Positions 41,541 to 52,761 of a DNA stretch of 64,000 nt are shown piece after piece. Source of the stretch: a virus; the IMG/VR virus record IMGVR_UViG_3300044911_002386, positions 103,812-167,811 of that record; one strand, written 5' to 3'. A program made the position numbers and the translations under genes. The notes under the pieces were generated by a model that saw nothing but the letters and a program-made list of their open reading frames with translations, was not told the origin of the DNA and did not search any database. Every line of letters starts with the position of its first letter. Positions within the stretch are counted from its first letter, which is position 1.

Positions 41541-42656
41541 CTAACTTTTTTCTTTTTTCAGCCGTTTAAAGCGCTCGGGCAGCGTGTACCAGCCATCGCC
41601 ATGCAGTTCGGACAGCGTGGTGAACGCTTGATCGTATAACTTGCCGCACGCCTGCAGACTGTACTTAGCCCTGGCCTGTTCCGCAATAACTTTTCTATCT
41701 AAGGCTGATACTTTTTCAAGTGCCTCTAGCCAGTCACGCAAGGTCTTACATCGGAAACCATTTACCCCGTGCTGCACTGTTTCCGAGAACGCCCCATAAT
41801 CCGCGGCAACCAATGGCGTGCCGCACAATAAGCCCTCGACACCAGAGCCGCCAAACGGCTCAACAAAGCGCGTGGGCATTAACGAACAAATTGCGTTTTG
41901 CATAAACATGCTACGACTTGTTCCGCTAATCGGGCCCCAGTACTCAATGTTTGGATGCTCCCAGCGTTTGTGATCGCCTTGGCCGCAAAGCACAATCTTT
42001 TTGTCGCCGATGTACTTGGCGATCTCGTAAATTGTGTCTAGCCCTTTGCACTCTGAAATACGACCCAAGAAAGCGTAATACTGTCCGGGTTCGTATTTGG
42101 GCTGCCAGTCGTCAATTTCAAAATAGTTTGGAATTACCCACTCATACGTCGTACCGTTTTGGTTAGCTTTGCCGGCGTGATAATGCCGCCAAGCGTAGCT
42201 CTCAAAGATCCTGAAACTACCGTCCATCAACGTCGGATAGCCGATGCCAGTCTCGACATGGATATTTGATGGAAATAAGCGGCAGACTTCCGTGTGTGCG
42301 TGACCAAATGGGTGGCAAATGATGTCAGTTTTTTTGACCCTCTTTTGCATCTCAGGCAAAAGTTTGGCCTCAAAAGCACTATGCCACGGCGTACCCATTG
42401 TTGCCAGGTTTGCGTAGAACTCGGTCTTTTCGCGTTTGCCCGTGAGTGCGTCAAGCGCTTTGCGAGAAAGAATCTGCACTTTCTCAACGGCGTCGCTTTC
42501 GCTGCCTTCGTTGGCGTACTCTACAACGTTGTAGCCGTACATCTGCAGCATCTTGGAAAACCGCAGGGCTTTTCCAGTGAACGCACAGTGTGAGTAATCT
42601 TGGCTATGAACAGTATGGAAAATTCCAATAAGGTGCAGCGTAGGCTTATCGTTCAT
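41541..42656 (-). CDS. GT-B glycosyltransferase (GT4-like)
   Basis: FLGRISECKG, EPFGGSGVEGLLCGTPLV..GAFSETVQHG.NGF. Confidence 0.9.
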   Translation of the reverse strand: MNDKPTLHLIGIFHTVHSQDYSHCAFTGKALRFSKMLQMYGYNVVEYANEGSESDAVEKVQILSRKALDALTGKREKTEFYANLATMGTPWHSAFEAKLLPEMQKRVKKTDIICHPFGHAHTEVCRLFPSNIHVETGIGYPTLMDGSFRIFESYAWRHYHAGKANQNGTTYEWVIPNYFEIDDWQPKYEPGQYYAFLGRISECKGLDTIYEIAKYIGDKKIVLCGQGDHKRWEHPNIEYWGPISGTSRSMFMQNAICSLMPTRFVEPFGGSGVEGLLCGTPLVAADYGAFSETVQHGVNGFRCKTLRDWLEALEKVSALDRKVIAEQARAKYSLQACGKLYDQAFTTLSELHGDGWYTLPERFKRLKKEKS

Positions 42657-42678
42657 GGCCACTCCCTTGGCGCAAAAA

Positions 42679-43107
42679 TTATTTGACAACCTCAACAAAC
42701 TGAAACTGCATCTGCTGCGGAACTGTATAGGTTATAGCCGCAGCACCAGACAATTGATCCGCAGCTGTTCTGAATTGCTGGCTTAAAATTGCACGTTGCT
42801 CGCCGGTGACGGCCGGCAGGGTTAACGCATATACATTGTCTGGGCCAAATTTGATAAGCACGTCTGTGTGCGTAACAGTAACTGTGGGATCTGTTTTCTT
42901 TGCCACTTTCTTAAACAGATTTAAGTCCGCTGCGAGTTTGATAATTGTCGTGGCCAGTTCGCGTACAGTCGCGTCTGTCGAAATGAGGCGGCTGAGATCA
43001 CCTGTCCTGGCGATTTCAATAAGTTGTGCAATGACGTCCAGACTAGGGCCAATTGAGAGTTCTTCTTTTTTGTTGTCGCAGGGTGTGTTTTTGTTGCAGC
43101 ACGACAC
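42679..43107 (-). CDS. hypothetical protein
   Basis: GTG start with AAGGAG RBS. Confidence 0.65.
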   Translation of the reverse strand: MSCCNKNTPCDNKKEELSIGPSLDVIAQLIEIARTGDLSRLISTDATVRELATTIIKLAADLNLFKKVAKKTDPTVTVTHTDVLIKFGPDNVYALTLPAVTGEQRAILSQQFRTAADQLSGAAAITYTVPQQMQFQFVEVVK

Positions 43108-43121
43108 GGCAGCACTCCTTG

Positions 43122-43715
43122 TTACTTTGCGGCGTTTAATTGTTGCGAATAACAGTCAGCACACGCGGGTAAATACTTTTCTTCGCAGCCAAGTTCAACA
43201 GACGGCCCCAGCACAGTAGCCCGCCCGTCGAGCAGTTTAAGGTTGAACACAGCCTTCTGCAAGCAGTAGTAGCAGATCGTTTTGATTTCTTCAATAGTGT
43301 CCGCCAGCTCAAGTAGCCGCTGTGCTGCGGGAAACAAATGCGTGCGAAAGTCCGTCCGTAAACCGTAACAGATAACTGGAATACCTTTTGGGCTTGCTGG
43401 CGCCACAGCGGAGTGGGCAATGTGATGCAACTGATCAATCGCCGGCACAGATAAGAACTGCGCCTCGTCTACCAGCACGCAAGCCACGTTATCAAGTGCC
43501 GGTATGGTCATTGGCCCTGTCGGCGGTGCAAGCACGTCGGCGTCCATTTGCAGGCCCGCACGTGTTTTAATTACGCCTGAACCAAAGCGAGTGTCGAGTT
43601 CAGGTTTAATGAGCAAAACTTCTTTGCCCTGCTGTCGGTAGTTGTGTGCGACAGCAAGCAGATTTAACGTCTTGGCACTACCGACAGTACCGTGACGAAA
43701 ATAGAGTTTAGCCAT
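43122..43715 (-). CDS. tdk: thymidine kinase
   Basis: AKLYFRHG.VGSAKT, VDEAQF, CYGLRTDF, C..C Zn sites. Confidence 0.93.
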   Translation of the reverse strand: MAKLYFRHGTVGSAKTLNLLAVAHNYRQQGKEVLLIKPELDTRFGSGVIKTRAGLQMDADVLAPPTGPMTIPALDNVACVLVDEAQFLSVPAIDQLHHIAHSAVAPASPKGIPVICYGLRTDFRTHLFPAAQRLLELADTIEEIKTICYYCLQKAVFNLKLLDGRATVLGPSVELGCEEKYLPACADCYSQQLNAAK

Positions 43716-43755
43716 TACGTTACTTAGAGAAGCCGGCACTAACGAAAATTACACT

Positions 43756-44301
43756 TCAAATGGGAATCGGATCAGTATCAGGATCGTCAGGGCAGATGTC
43801 AATCCCGACGGGCGACTCACCGCAAACGCCGTTGAACAACTCTTTCCCGTCACTGTTGCGTGAAACACGCAGTGCCGCCACGTCGCTATGGCAGCCGCTG
43901 TCTAATTCGCATTTAAGCCGCACATAAAGCGTACAGCAGTTTGTTTTATTTTCGCGTTTTTTAATGATGCGATTAATAAGCGCTTCGTTTATGTACGTTG
44001 CTGGAGCATATGTGCAGGGAGGTGGAGTTGCCAGACTTGTATTTAAATTAACGCGGCCAATGCGCGTCCATTTAGACGTATCTGGAAATGGATCAAAAGA
44101 CACGAGAACACCGAACACAGCGCGTTCGCAGCCGTGGCACGCCGAGTACTCTAAAGTCATTTCTTCAAATGTATCTTCTTCGCATTCGCTGCAGCAGCAG
44201 TCTTTATCGCTGCCAGTTTTTGGCGACATAATAGCCGGACCGCCGCAGTAATCAACGCGTATTTTGTTTCTAACAAGCGTAAATTTAACAGCGTCTGGCA
44301 T
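43756..44301 (-). CDS. Cys-rich hypothetical protein
   Basis: 181 aa with DCCCSEC and multiple Cys. Confidence 0.65.
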   Translation of the reverse strand: MPDAVKFTLVRNKIRVDYCGGPAIMSPKTGSDKDCCCSECEEDTFEEMTLEYSACHGCERAVFGVLVSFDPFPDTSKWTRIGRVNLNTSLATPPPCTYAPATYINEALINRIIKKRENKTNCCTLYVRLKCELDSGCHSDVAALRVSRNSDGKELFNGVCGESPVGIDICPDDPDTDPIPI

Positions 44302-44315
44302 GTTTTTACGCGCTA

Positions 44316-46052
44316 CTAAGTTGGTACAGTATTTGTAATGATTACGCGACTTGTGGAAGAAATATCATTACAACGTACAACAACACGCCAACCCTGTACG
44401 TCAGACTCAGCCGCAGTCTGTAACACAAACGTATTGCTAAAAACTAACTCGGCTACGGATAGAGGTGATTGACCTGAGCTCATATTATTTACTTCGCCGT
44501 TGGCTCCGGGGATGTCTTGCCAAAATTCTTCATCTGGTTGCGTGATAGGGTTAGCGTTAGTTTGCCACTGATAAGAGAACACGCCGCCCAAGAAGTTACT
44601 GATGTAAGCCCGTGCTTTGACTGTATAAAGCCCTGGCGTAATTGTGTAGTAATGCGCGGGAGCGTAAGTAGTCGTGTCTGTGGCCAAAATAAACGGCCCC
44701 GAAAAAGTGCCAAGGTTCTCCCACGCAAATTGTGCGATCGTAATAGTAATAGTAGCCGGATCGCTGTACTGTGCTCTAAGTGCGCCGAGTTGTACGTATA
44801 CACGGTATTTCGTTCCGTTGTCTGCAGTCGTTAAGCCGGTCAAATTAAGACTTGCACCTTGGGATGTGATCTCGTCGCGAAGTATCCCGCCGACATAAAG
44901 ACGCCATGTATTAAATTGTTTTGATACCGCAATGTGGTAATAAACAGTGTTTGTAATTGGACCGTATTTGAGGATTTTGGTTGTGTTGGGAATTTTTACA
45001 TTTACAAAACCAATTGCCTCATTTTGCGGTGTAAAATAAATGCAGATACCGTCTGTGGCGTCTTTGTTTGTGCGTGTGTCTATGAAAATTGATTCTGAGC
45101 CGGCGCTATCGTTGTATGAATGCAGAAACCGCCGTACGCGCACATACCCTTCGTAACAGCAATCATCAAGATAGACTGCGAAGTCGTACGGTACGGTCAA
45201 ACTGCTATTTGTAATACGAAGATAGTTGAAGTGTGTCCCCAACCCCCCGGCTACGCTACCAGCGGCGGGCGGCGGGTCGACGTAATTTTTTGTACTCGTT
45301 ACAAACTGCACTGCAGATGTGTTGCTGCCGTAGCCAAAAAATGCTGCGCTTTGTGTGACAGGAAAAAGGTTGTCCCACGTGCTGTTAATGCCCGGCGTAG
45401 TAGTGACACGAATATTTTGCGAATTACCAGCACTACCAATACTAGGCGTCCAAACGTTAATTACGGGACTGAATACTGTTCTTGTGCCTGGGCTGCCAAG
45501 GTTTACACCTAATTTTGTGTAATTATCGGCTAGGTCAGCCGTTGCAGTCGCCGGGTTATAGCCCGAAATAACGCCCGCCGTGTAGCGCGGTATTCCCTTT
45601 GTTACACGCACAGAGTCGACATATCCGTAAAACTGGTTTGCTGCGTTTACTGTCCCGTCACTAGCCTCAGCGTTGCCGATTGTTATTTTTTTGCTTGTTA
45701 AATTGTAGGCGCTTTTTGTAACAGGCTGCCATGTGTTGCCACCGTCTGTTGACACTTCCCAAAAATACAGCGGCGTATAATTAAAAAAATTGCTGTTGTT
45801 GCATGGCTGGCTCACCTGACTTTCTAACGTTACAGAATTCACGCAGCGTAGTTCAACATTGGGCAGCGGCGAAACCGTAAAATATGATGACGGCCAACGT
45901 CCTTCGGCTATGTAGTTCGCTGCTTCCGCCAGCGTCCACAGCCCAGTCGACTGGTTGCATGCCGACGGCGGTACGTAGTTAGCCCCGTGTGCGCTCACCA
46001 GGGAGTCGTACTGATTGATGAAAAGTAGGCGGCCCGGACCTGATGAACGCAT
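44316..46052 (-). CDS. tail-fibre/adhesin with LamG-like and Ig-like domains
   Basis: N-terminal TGLWTL..GRWP motif, YYHIAVSK..LYVGG, LTTADNGTKYRV, YQWQ. Confidence 0.75.
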   Translation of the reverse strand: MRSSGPGRLLFINQYDSLVSAHGANYVPPSACNQSTGLWTLAEAANYIAEGRWPSSYFTVSPLPNVELRCVNSVTLESQVSQPCNNSNFFNYTPLYFWEVSTDGGNTWQPVTKSAYNLTSKKITIGNAEASDGTVNAANQFYGYVDSVRVTKGIPRYTAGVISGYNPATATADLADNYTKLGVNLGSPGTRTVFSPVINVWTPSIGSAGNSQNIRVTTTPGINSTWDNLFPVTQSAAFFGYGSNTSAVQFVTSTKNYVDPPPAAGSVAGGLGTHFNYLRITNSSLTVPYDFAVYLDDCCYEGYVRVRRFLHSYNDSAGSESIFIDTRTNKDATDGICIYFTPQNEAIGFVNVKIPNTTKILKYGPITNTVYYHIAVSKQFNTWRLYVGGILRDEITSQGASLNLTGLTTADNGTKYRVYVQLGALRAQYSDPATITITIAQFAWENLGTFSGPFILATDTTTYAPAHYYTITPGLYTVKARAYISNFLGGVFSYQWQTNANPITQPDEEFWQDIPGANGEVNNMSSGQSPLSVAELVFSNTFVLQTAAESDVQGWRVVVRCNDISSTSRVIITNTVPT

Positions 46053-48088
46053 TATAAGACTCCGTCACCCGTCGCTGTCGCGGTAACCGCACTCGGCGGC
46101 GTGTTTGAGCGTGTAGCGTACTCCCAGTAACCAGCCTGCGTGCCGCCGCCTTTGTAAAACGCGGCTTTAAACCATTCGTGCGTTGTCGGCAGAACGTATT
46201 TCGCACCGGTTTTACGCACTAACGTAAGATCAGAGTCAGAGCCGTCGTTTTCGGGCGTGGCAGCGTAGTTTGTAAAATCACCCGCCGGCGTATCGTCGCC
46301 AGTTGGGAATGCAGACGAGAATTGATACGAGCCGTTTTCTGTGGTACCCGGACCAGTCCGTCCGTTGTGCAGCCAGTTAGCGTAACGTATCGCAGAGTAC
46401 CATGAAACAAAATTAACAGGCTTCGCCGCCATGTTTTGTCTTATTTCGTACCGTGCCCCCGCTGATCCGGCCGCGTTATACACAATACCGCCGTGCACAT
46501 TACTTGCCATGTTAGCGTCGTAAAGCCCTAAAGTATTTGCACCGGTTGGATCTACGTTGTTTAAAAAATCAACATACTCCGCATTTGAGACTTCGTATTT
46601 CTGTATTTTGTAGGCATACGCGACGGCACCAAAACTACGGAAAAGAAATCCGTTTGAAGCCGCGTTTGAATTACCTATGTCGCCAACATCCATAAAGATA
46701 TTGCTATGCAAAATAACGGGGCTAGTCTCAAAACTTACCAGTCTAAAGCCGCATGTCGGCGTCTTTGCCGTGACGGATAAATACTGTTGAGTGTTTAAGC
46801 CAGAACCACTAGATATAAATCCTGTGCTGGCGAGTTTATCGAGGAGCACGTCGGTAAACGCGCCGCCTGGCGTATAAGCGTCAGCACTTGAACTTGCCTC
46901 AACCGAGCGCGTTTCTAACCATTCATTTACGTTGCCGTTCATGTCATATAACCCGTACGCGCTAGTACTGCCCGACGTGCCTACAGACAACAAATTACCG
47001 TTAGTCGTGGCGTTCCAGTTTGCCGCACCCGCATAATTTGCAGAATTAATCGGAGCAGGAGGCGAACTGCTTAACGGGATTACTTGTGTAGACGGTATGC
47101 TCCAAATACCCGCAGTATTTGCCGCTATGCCGCGTACACTAAATACATACGGTATGTTGTTCTGCAAATTTAAAATTGTTTTTGCAGTAGTAACGCTGCC
47201 AGTCAAAATACCATTACGACTGGGCAACCATGTTTGACCGTCGTCTATAGACCAACGTACAGCATACTGTGTAATTACCACGCCGCTCGGAATGCTGCCT
47301 GGCGTGCTCCAGTTTATAAGTGCAGACGCGTTATAAGCCGTGGCAGTCAGATTGCTTGGAGCAGCAAAACTTGTTGGCGTGACGATATCGGTCACGTTGC
47401 TCCACGCACCAACACCTAAACCATTTAACGCCCCGACCCGAAACCTATACTCGTGCCCGTTTGTTGCTGCTAACGAAAACGATCGTGCCGCAGATTCTGG
47501 TTTAGTTAAGGTAGTGAATACAGGCCACGCCGTAGACGAGTCAGGCCGCGAAGAAACTTGAATAACGTAATCAAAAACTGGTGTACCGCCGTTTGCAGCT
47601 GGTTCGCTCCAGTACAACGAAATAGTCGCGTTACCTGGTTCTGCCGTTAGATTAAGCGGCGCTGACGGCACTGTAAGCGTTGGCGGGACAACTACGGTGT
47701 CGGCAATAAACTCATACGAAACGGTGGCGTCTGCTCGAGCATCTATACCGGCTCTAACTTGAACCATATCTCCTGATTCAAGATAAATTGGGTTGTCGCG
47801 GCACACGGCAATAAGCGTTGCGTCGCGCGGTACCGTAATGGATTTGGCTAGATAAAAAGACTTTACTTCCGCGTACGCACCCGAGCCGACAATACGCACA
47901 ATACGAACATCAATGTCGACTGCGTAGTTTTCGTCTTTATTCGCGATAAATAGCGAGTTAATTTTGTATATGACGCCGGACTCGGGAGGATTCGCGACTA
48001 AAATTTGGTTGTAGTCTGTGACGTTTAAATAGTTCGTACGCCCATAAAGCGTCGTTGTATTTGCAATATTTGACTCGGCCATTTTCAA
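46052..48088 (-). CDS. fibre protein: adaptor domain + 2 FN3 + circularly permuted FGE-sulfatase/CLec domain
   Basis: PSAPLNL..W..P.NGG FN3; [16 protein letters not shown] lies before KYEVSN..PVNFVSW..LPT..EW. Confidence 0.8.
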   Translation of the reverse strand: MKMAESNIANTTTLYGRTNYLNVTDYNQILVANPPESGVIYKINSLFIANKDENYAVDIDVRIVRIVGSGAYAEVKSFYLAKSITVPRDATLIAVCRDNPIYLESGDMVQVRAGIDARADATVSYEFIADTVVVPPTLTVPSAPLNLTAEPGNATISLYWSEPAANGGTPVFDYVIQVSSRPDSSTAWPVFTTLTKPESAARSFSLAATNGHEYRFRVGALNGLGVGAWSNVTDIVTPTSFAAPSNLTATAYNASALINWSTPGSIPSGVVITQYAVRWSIDDGQTWLPSRNGILTGSVTTAKTILNLQNNIPYVFSVRGIAANTAGIWSIPSTQVIPLSSSPPAPINSANYAGAANWNATTNGNLLSVGTSGSTSAYGLYDMNGNVNEWLETRSVEASSSADAYTPGGAFTDVLLDKLASTGFISSGSGLNTQQYLSVTAKTPTCGFRLVSFETSPVILHSNIFMDVGDIGNSNAASNGFLFRSFGAVAYAYKIQKYEVSNAEYVDFLNNVDPTGANTLGLYDANMASNVHGGIVYNAAGSAGARYEIRQNMAAKPVNFVSWYSAIRYANWLHNGRTGPGTTENGSYQFSSAFPTGDDTPAGDFTNYAATPENDGSDSDLTLVRKTGAKYVLPTTHEWFKAAFYKGGGTQAGYWEYATRSNTPPSAVTATATGDGVL

Positions 48089-49770
48089 CCTCCAAAGATA
48101 AATGACGGCCAGATTACTCTAGGCCCTGTAGCGCCCGTAACGCCTGACTCGCCGCCTGGTGTGCCCGGTGGACCTGACGGGCCTGTGCCCCCTGTATCGC
48201 CTTTAGGGCCAGTCGGACCTGACGGGCCTGTTTGCCCGACAGCGGCAATGACGCGTACGCCATTAATGAATACCGCTGAAGGATCTGTCGGATCGATAAC
48301 AACAGTCGGGCCAGGGCCTGTAACCCCAGTTACACCAGTCATACCGGTGACGCCGACACCAGTAGCGCCTGTAACGCCAGCGCCGGCTGGGCCTGTAACC
48401 CCAGTTACACCAGTCATACCGGTGACGCCGACACCAGAAACACCGGTTACGCCTGTTTCGCCGGGCATCCCTGGCACGCCTGACGGGCCGTCAAGACCTG
48501 TGACGCCAGTAGGCCCTTCAACACCGCTAAAACCTTGTAAACCAGATACGCCGGTTGCACCAATGTCACCGCTAGGACCTGTAGGCCCCGTGGGGCCAGT
48601 TAAACCAGGGCCACCTGTTGCACCTGTTGCACCCGTTACACCCGTTAAGCCGGTTACACCAGACGCACCAGTTGCACCCGTTTCGCCCGCTGGCCCGGTT
48701 AGGCCTGTAACACCAGTAAAACCGGCTGGCCCTGTAATGCCCGTAGACCCCTCCGGACCAGTAATGCCCGTGGCACCTGTGATGCCAGTAACCCCAGTGA
48801 CGCCTTTTGCACCAGAAGCGCCCGTTATACCGACGCCCGTAACACCTGTAACGCCAGTGATTCCGGTGATGCCCGTGACGCCAGTTAAGCCCGTAACGCC
48901 TGTGGGCCCGCGTGTGCCAGATATACCGGATATGCCTGTCGCACCTGTTAAGCCAGTAGCGCCCATCTGCCCGATACCGGTTGGGCCTGTAATGCCGGTG
49001 GGTCCAGCCGGACCAGTAACGCCTGAAAGCCCCTGAAAGCCTGACACGCCAGTAGGGCCCGTCATACCAGTTACACCGCTCGGACCCGCAGGGCCCGTTG
49101 GTCCAGTAACACCAGTGAACCCAGTAGCACCACTAGAGCCCTGGTCGCCTTTTCTGCCATCAAAACCAGTGGCACCGATGCTACCCGCAGGGCCGGTGAC
49201 GCCGGTAACGCCCGTTAAACCAGTAGCACCTGTCTGACCGGTTACACCAGAAATGCCAGTGACACCAGTTAAACCAGTTGCGCCGGCAGACCCAGTTACA
49301 CCAGTGACACCTGTAACACCCGTGACACCTTTTGTGCCTGTGACGCCGGTTACACCGGTCGTGCCGCCTGGGCCAGTAGAGCCTGTTACGCCAGTAATAC
49401 CGGCGGGCCCTGACAGGCCAGAAGCGCCTGTAACACCAGTGACACCTTTTGTGCCTGTGGGGCCAGTAACGCCCGTCATGCCACGACCACCGCCCGGACC
49501 CGTAGGCCCTGGTGGCCCGCTAGGGCCGGTAGCGCCAGCTAACTCTGCTGGCAGTTGCGTTGCCGGAACTTTGCCAGACGAATCTAATCCGGCTACACCG
49601 CCCGGCTGCCCTATTAAGGAAGTCGTAATTGCACTTACAAGATCCAGGATCGCGCCGAGCGTTGTCTTTTTTGTTGTCGGCGGCGAGACCTGCTGGTCAA
49701 CAATCGCAACTAAGTCGTCACGACTAGGGTTCGCCTTGCCGGGCAAATCCGATATGCGTTTTTGTGCCAT
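48085..49770 (-). CDS. collagen-like (Gly-X-Thr) fibre protein
   Basis: About 400 aa of G-X-T/S triplets; N-terminal KRISDLP..TKKTT and [12 protein letters not shown] fibre motifs. Confidence 0.9.
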   Translation of the reverse strand: MAQKRISDLPGKANPSRDDLVAIVDQQVSPPTTKKTTLGAILDLVSAITTSLIGQPGGVAGLDSSGKVPATQLPAELAGATGPSGPPGPTGPGGGRGMTGVTGPTGTKGVTGVTGASGLSGPAGITGVTGSTGPGGTTGVTGVTGTKGVTGVTGVTGVTGSAGATGLTGVTGISGVTGQTGATGLTGVTGVTGPAGSIGATGFDGRKGDQGSSGATGFTGVTGPTGPAGPSGVTGMTGPTGVSGFQGLSGVTGPAGPTGITGPTGIGQMGATGLTGATGISGISGTRGPTGVTGLTGVTGITGITGVTGVTGVGITGASGAKGVTGVTGITGATGITGPEGSTGITGPAGFTGVTGLTGPAGETGATGASGVTGLTGVTGATGATGGPGLTGPTGPTGPSGDIGATGVSGLQGFSGVEGPTGVTGLDGPSGVPGMPGETGVTGVSGVGVTGMTGVTGVTGPAGAGVTGATGVGVTGMTGVTGVTGPGPTVVIDPTDPSAVFINGVRVIAAVGQTGPSGPTGPKGDTGGTGPSGPPGTPGGESGVTGATGPRVIWPSFIFGG

Positions 49771-49851
49771 GGGCGATCTCGCAGCAAACGAAGGAGCAGC
49801 CTATAAAATAGCATAATTTTGCCGGTTTACATACCGCGGGCAAGTATTACG

Positions 49852-50493
49852 CTAGTGGTGCATAAACCACTCGTCTGACGAGACAAAGGAATGAAACACG
49901 TTGTGCACCGGATAGCCAGTCACAATATTTTTATGCCCCTGCAGCGCGTAATTAAATGCGTGCATATCGTTTAAACCCGTGCACACGCTATTTAAACTAC
50001 CGAGCCGCAGCATAAATTTTACGATGTCTATGCCGCCTACGATGCCGCAATTGTAAAGATTTTTTGGTTTTTCCATATGCCCCCAAAAAGGGCACCCGTG
50101 AGCAAACTGTGCCAGCCAATTCCAATGATTAAATTCAAGCGACTCTGAGCCGGCATATAAAAAACCCGGAGCTGGTTTTGGTTTATTTAACATGACGACA
50201 TCACGTACGTCTGTGCACCATAGTTCTCCGTTAATCGGATGCCGCTTTAAATACGCTGCAATAACCACAAAACGATAAGTATGCGGTAGGCCTCGGCACA
50301 CAACCGGCACCTGAGTTACAGGTAAAAAACTACAGTCGGCATCTGTGAAGAGAACAGGCTGGTAGCCGTGATCGTTTACGGATTCTGCCCACGCACGCCC
50401 CATCTCCGGCGTCATTCGTTTATCGTGACTACCAGAATTTGGAATTTCACCCTTAGTGAACAGCGCCCCGAGAACATAACCAGTAGGCGGCAT
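49852..50493 (-). CDS. putative GT-A glycosyltransferase
   Basis: YRF..YL, CTDVRDV, NCGIVGG, DMHAFNY. Confidence 0.6.
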   Translation of the reverse strand: MPPTGYVLGALFTKGEIPNSGSHDKRMTPEMGRAWAESVNDHGYQPVLFTDADCSFLPVTQVPVVCRGLPHTYRFVVIAAYLKRHPINGELWCTDVRDVVMLNKPKPAPGFLYAGSESLEFNHWNWLAQFAHGCPFWGHMEKPKNLYNCGIVGGIDIVKFMLRLGSLNSVCTGLNDMHAFNYALQGHKNIVTGYPVHNVFHSFVSSDEWFMHH

Positions 50494-50575
50494 TTGGAAG
50501 CTCCCGGCGGCGTATTGCAGATTTTTACGGCATACATAGACTAGTGTTAGTTTAACAGACAGGCCCGCGCTAACT

Positions 50576-51442
50576 ATGCCGCACTACTTAGCCGTACTAG
50601 CCGTTTTTAGGAATGAGGCTAGTTTTATGTCCGCCTGGTTAGAGCATTATTTTATGCGCGGCGTAGAGCACATATACCTATTAGACGACGGCAGCACAGA
50701 TGATTTCTACACGCCTACATTTAACAAGTATTTAAACGCTGGCCAGATCACGCTACGGCATGTCGCGCCAGAGGACTATGACAACAAAAAAATGGAGCGC
50801 CAGCGGTACCTGTACAACAAGTACTTTGGTGACGTCGTAAGCCAGACTTTTTGGCTGGGAATCCTAGACTTAGACGAATTTTACTACTCGCCCGTGGAGA
50901 AGAGTTTAGCCACGCTGCTGAGCCAATATGAAACTAGTTCGTACCAGGAAATTCTTGCAGATTGGTACTGGTTCGGATCTGCGGGGTACATACAGCAGCC
51001 AACTGATACTGTGGGTTCTTTTTTATATCGGTCGGCTGGCCTGTCTCGCACGTACAATTACCACGCCGAGGGCTACCACCACGAATGGTGTTGCAAGTCA
51101 TTCAGCAAAACAAAAACAATCGCACAACTTAGTCATCATTTCAACTATTATCGCAGGCACCGCACGGCAAATTTTTGCACGCAAGGTAAAGCTGGCAACG
51201 AAGATTTTAGTTTTAATCTATCACGCCACGGCCTAGGTTTTATCAACCACTACATTGGTGCACGAGATTATTACGCAACTAAAAAAACACGGGGTTCTTG
51301 CAACAACAGCGCTATCGTGCGAGACGAAACGCTATACGACAAACTTAATAAAAACGACATCTTCGATCCACGTTTAGCAGAGCAAACTAATGCCAGACCG
51401 TTTACCGATTCTCGTGATCCAAAACACGTGGTATCACTTTGA
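50576..51442 (+). CDS. GT2/GT92-like glycosyltransferase
   Basis: FRNEA..WLEHY..GVEHIYLLDDGSTD, LDLDEF, INHY. Confidence 0.85.
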   Translation: MPHYLAVLAVFRNEASFMSAWLEHYFMRGVEHIYLLDDGSTDDFYTPTFNKYLNAGQITLRHVAPEDYDNKKMERQRYLYNKYFGDVVSQTFWLGILDLDEFYYSPVEKSLATLLSQYETSSYQEILADWYWFGSAGYIQQPTDTVGSFLYRSAGLSRTYNYHAEGYHHEWCCKSFSKTKTIAQLSHHFNYYRRHRTANFCTQGKAGNEDFSFNLSRHGLGFINHYIGARDYYATKKTRGSCNNSAIVRDETLYDKLNKNDIFDPRLAEQTNARPFTDSRDPKHVVSL

Positions 51443-52406
51443 AACTACCATCGCCATATACCAGTTACTTGAAGACGCAGGCTACAAACCTTACGTTTAT
51501 CGGTGCGCCCCCGGCGAAGATGTTTTTAACCAGGCTATATTTTTAAAAGAGAAAAACATTGCCGTAGCCAATAATGACGTAATTAAAAAAGCCGCCGCTG
51601 GTATAGTTATCTCGGCGTATCCGAACCCGCATGTTGATAAAAAAGAAGCGATTCCTAACGCGGCGCATCTTTGCCTGCCGCCTGAGTTGCGAAACAAACT
51701 GCTGTTTATTTCGCATCGGTTTCGTCGCTTAGATGATTACGTAAATAACTTGTTTGGAATTACGGCCAAAAACACGTTCTGCCTGTCGCCCAATTCGGAG
51801 CGCATAGGAATTGATTACTTGTTTTTAGTCGCCAGTCCCGTAACACCGGAGACTGTGCCGTATACGCGGCCGTTAAAATTGGCCGTGCAGGGGCACCTAG
51901 AACTTGAGAACAGGCGTATCGAGTGGCTATCTGCGGCCCTCAAAAAAAGAACATGCGCCGAGTTTGCGTTACAAATTATCGGCACACATGCGGGCACGAT
52001 AGCCGGACCTCATTTTGAAAACTGCAACGACGTAACGTTTGTTCACGGGCCGAGCGAACAAGAATTTTATTCTCGCTTATCGCGCGACACTCATTTTTTG
52101 CTGCCGCTAATAGACGGCGAAATGAAACGAAAAACTTATGTTATCGAGCGGTACAGCAGCAATTTTATGCTGGCATGGGCGCTGGAAAAACCAGTGTTCT
52201 GCCATGAGGTATTCAAAGACATTTACAATACGCCAGGTATTTACTACAACTACGGCAACGTAGCTGAACAGTTTGACGAGTTGCTGGCCACAAGTGAGAC
52301 GACTTACGGCTTATTATTAAAGCGTATGCGTGACCAAAAAAAAATACACCAACAAAGTAACACAATAAAATTGCGTGAAAAATTAACGCAAATTATTCAG
52401 GGTTAA
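51390..52406 (+). CDS. putative GT-B-fold protein
   Basis: 338-aa ORF paired with the GT; weak GT-B-like C-terminal motifs. Confidence 0.55.
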   Translation: MPDRLPILVIQNTWYHFETTIAIYQLLEDAGYKPYVYRCAPGEDVFNQAIFLKEKNIAVANNDVIKKAAAGIVISAYPNPHVDKKEAIPNAAHLCLPPELRNKLLFISHRFRRLDDYVNNLFGITAKNTFCLSPNSERIGIDYLFLVASPVTPETVPYTRPLKLAVQGHLELENRRIEWLSAALKKRTCAEFALQIIGTHAGTIAGPHFENCNDVTFVHGPSEQEFYSRLSRDTHFLLPLIDGEMKRKTYVIERYSSNFMLAWALEKPVFCHEVFKDIYNTPGIYYNYGNVAEQFDELLATSETTYGLLLKRMRDQKKIHQQSNTIKLREKLTQIIQG

Positions 52407-52731
52407 CGGGCGGCGAGATATTCAGCGACCCGTCTTCGTTGTATGTAAACTCGCCTACAACGGAGAGCCCCGGGATTACAGATTCAGGCTTAATCTCTGC
52501 CAGCAGAGCCCCGATCTTGGCATGGAGTTGGAAGAGTTCTACGCCGTCTGTGCCTAGCGCCGCGGCAATCTCTTGCGGAGTTGCCTGCGGATTCTGCCAA
52601 AACAGTTTGGAGTTTTGCGAGAAAGCCCCCGTAAGATTTCGGAATATATTGCGGGCGTTTTGTTTAAGTTGGTTGGCAATGCGCGTAGCTGGGTCAATGG
52701 CCGGAGATGTTTCTGGGTCGAGAACGCTCAT
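52393..52731 (-). CDS. hypothetical fibre-associated protein
   Basis: AAGGA RBS; lies at the end of the fibre operon. Confidence 0.7.
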   Translation of the reverse strand: MSVLDPETSPAIDPATRIANQLKQNARNIFRNLTGAFSQNSKLFWQNPQATPQEIAAALGTDGVELFQLHAKIGALLAEIKPESVIPGLSVVGEFTYNEDGSLNISPPVNPE

Positions 52732-52761
52732 GGTTAGTCCTTTGTTTAAAAATAGCGTAAA

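Noticed and set aside
46052-47060. Diversity-generating retroelement
   Set aside because: No reverse transcriptase and no adenine-mismatched template repeat visible in this window
48161-49816. Long plus-strand PVT-repeat ORFs, and similar antisense ORFs in the fibre and GC-rich genes
   Set aside because: Antisense shadows of collagen, repeat or high-GC3 coding
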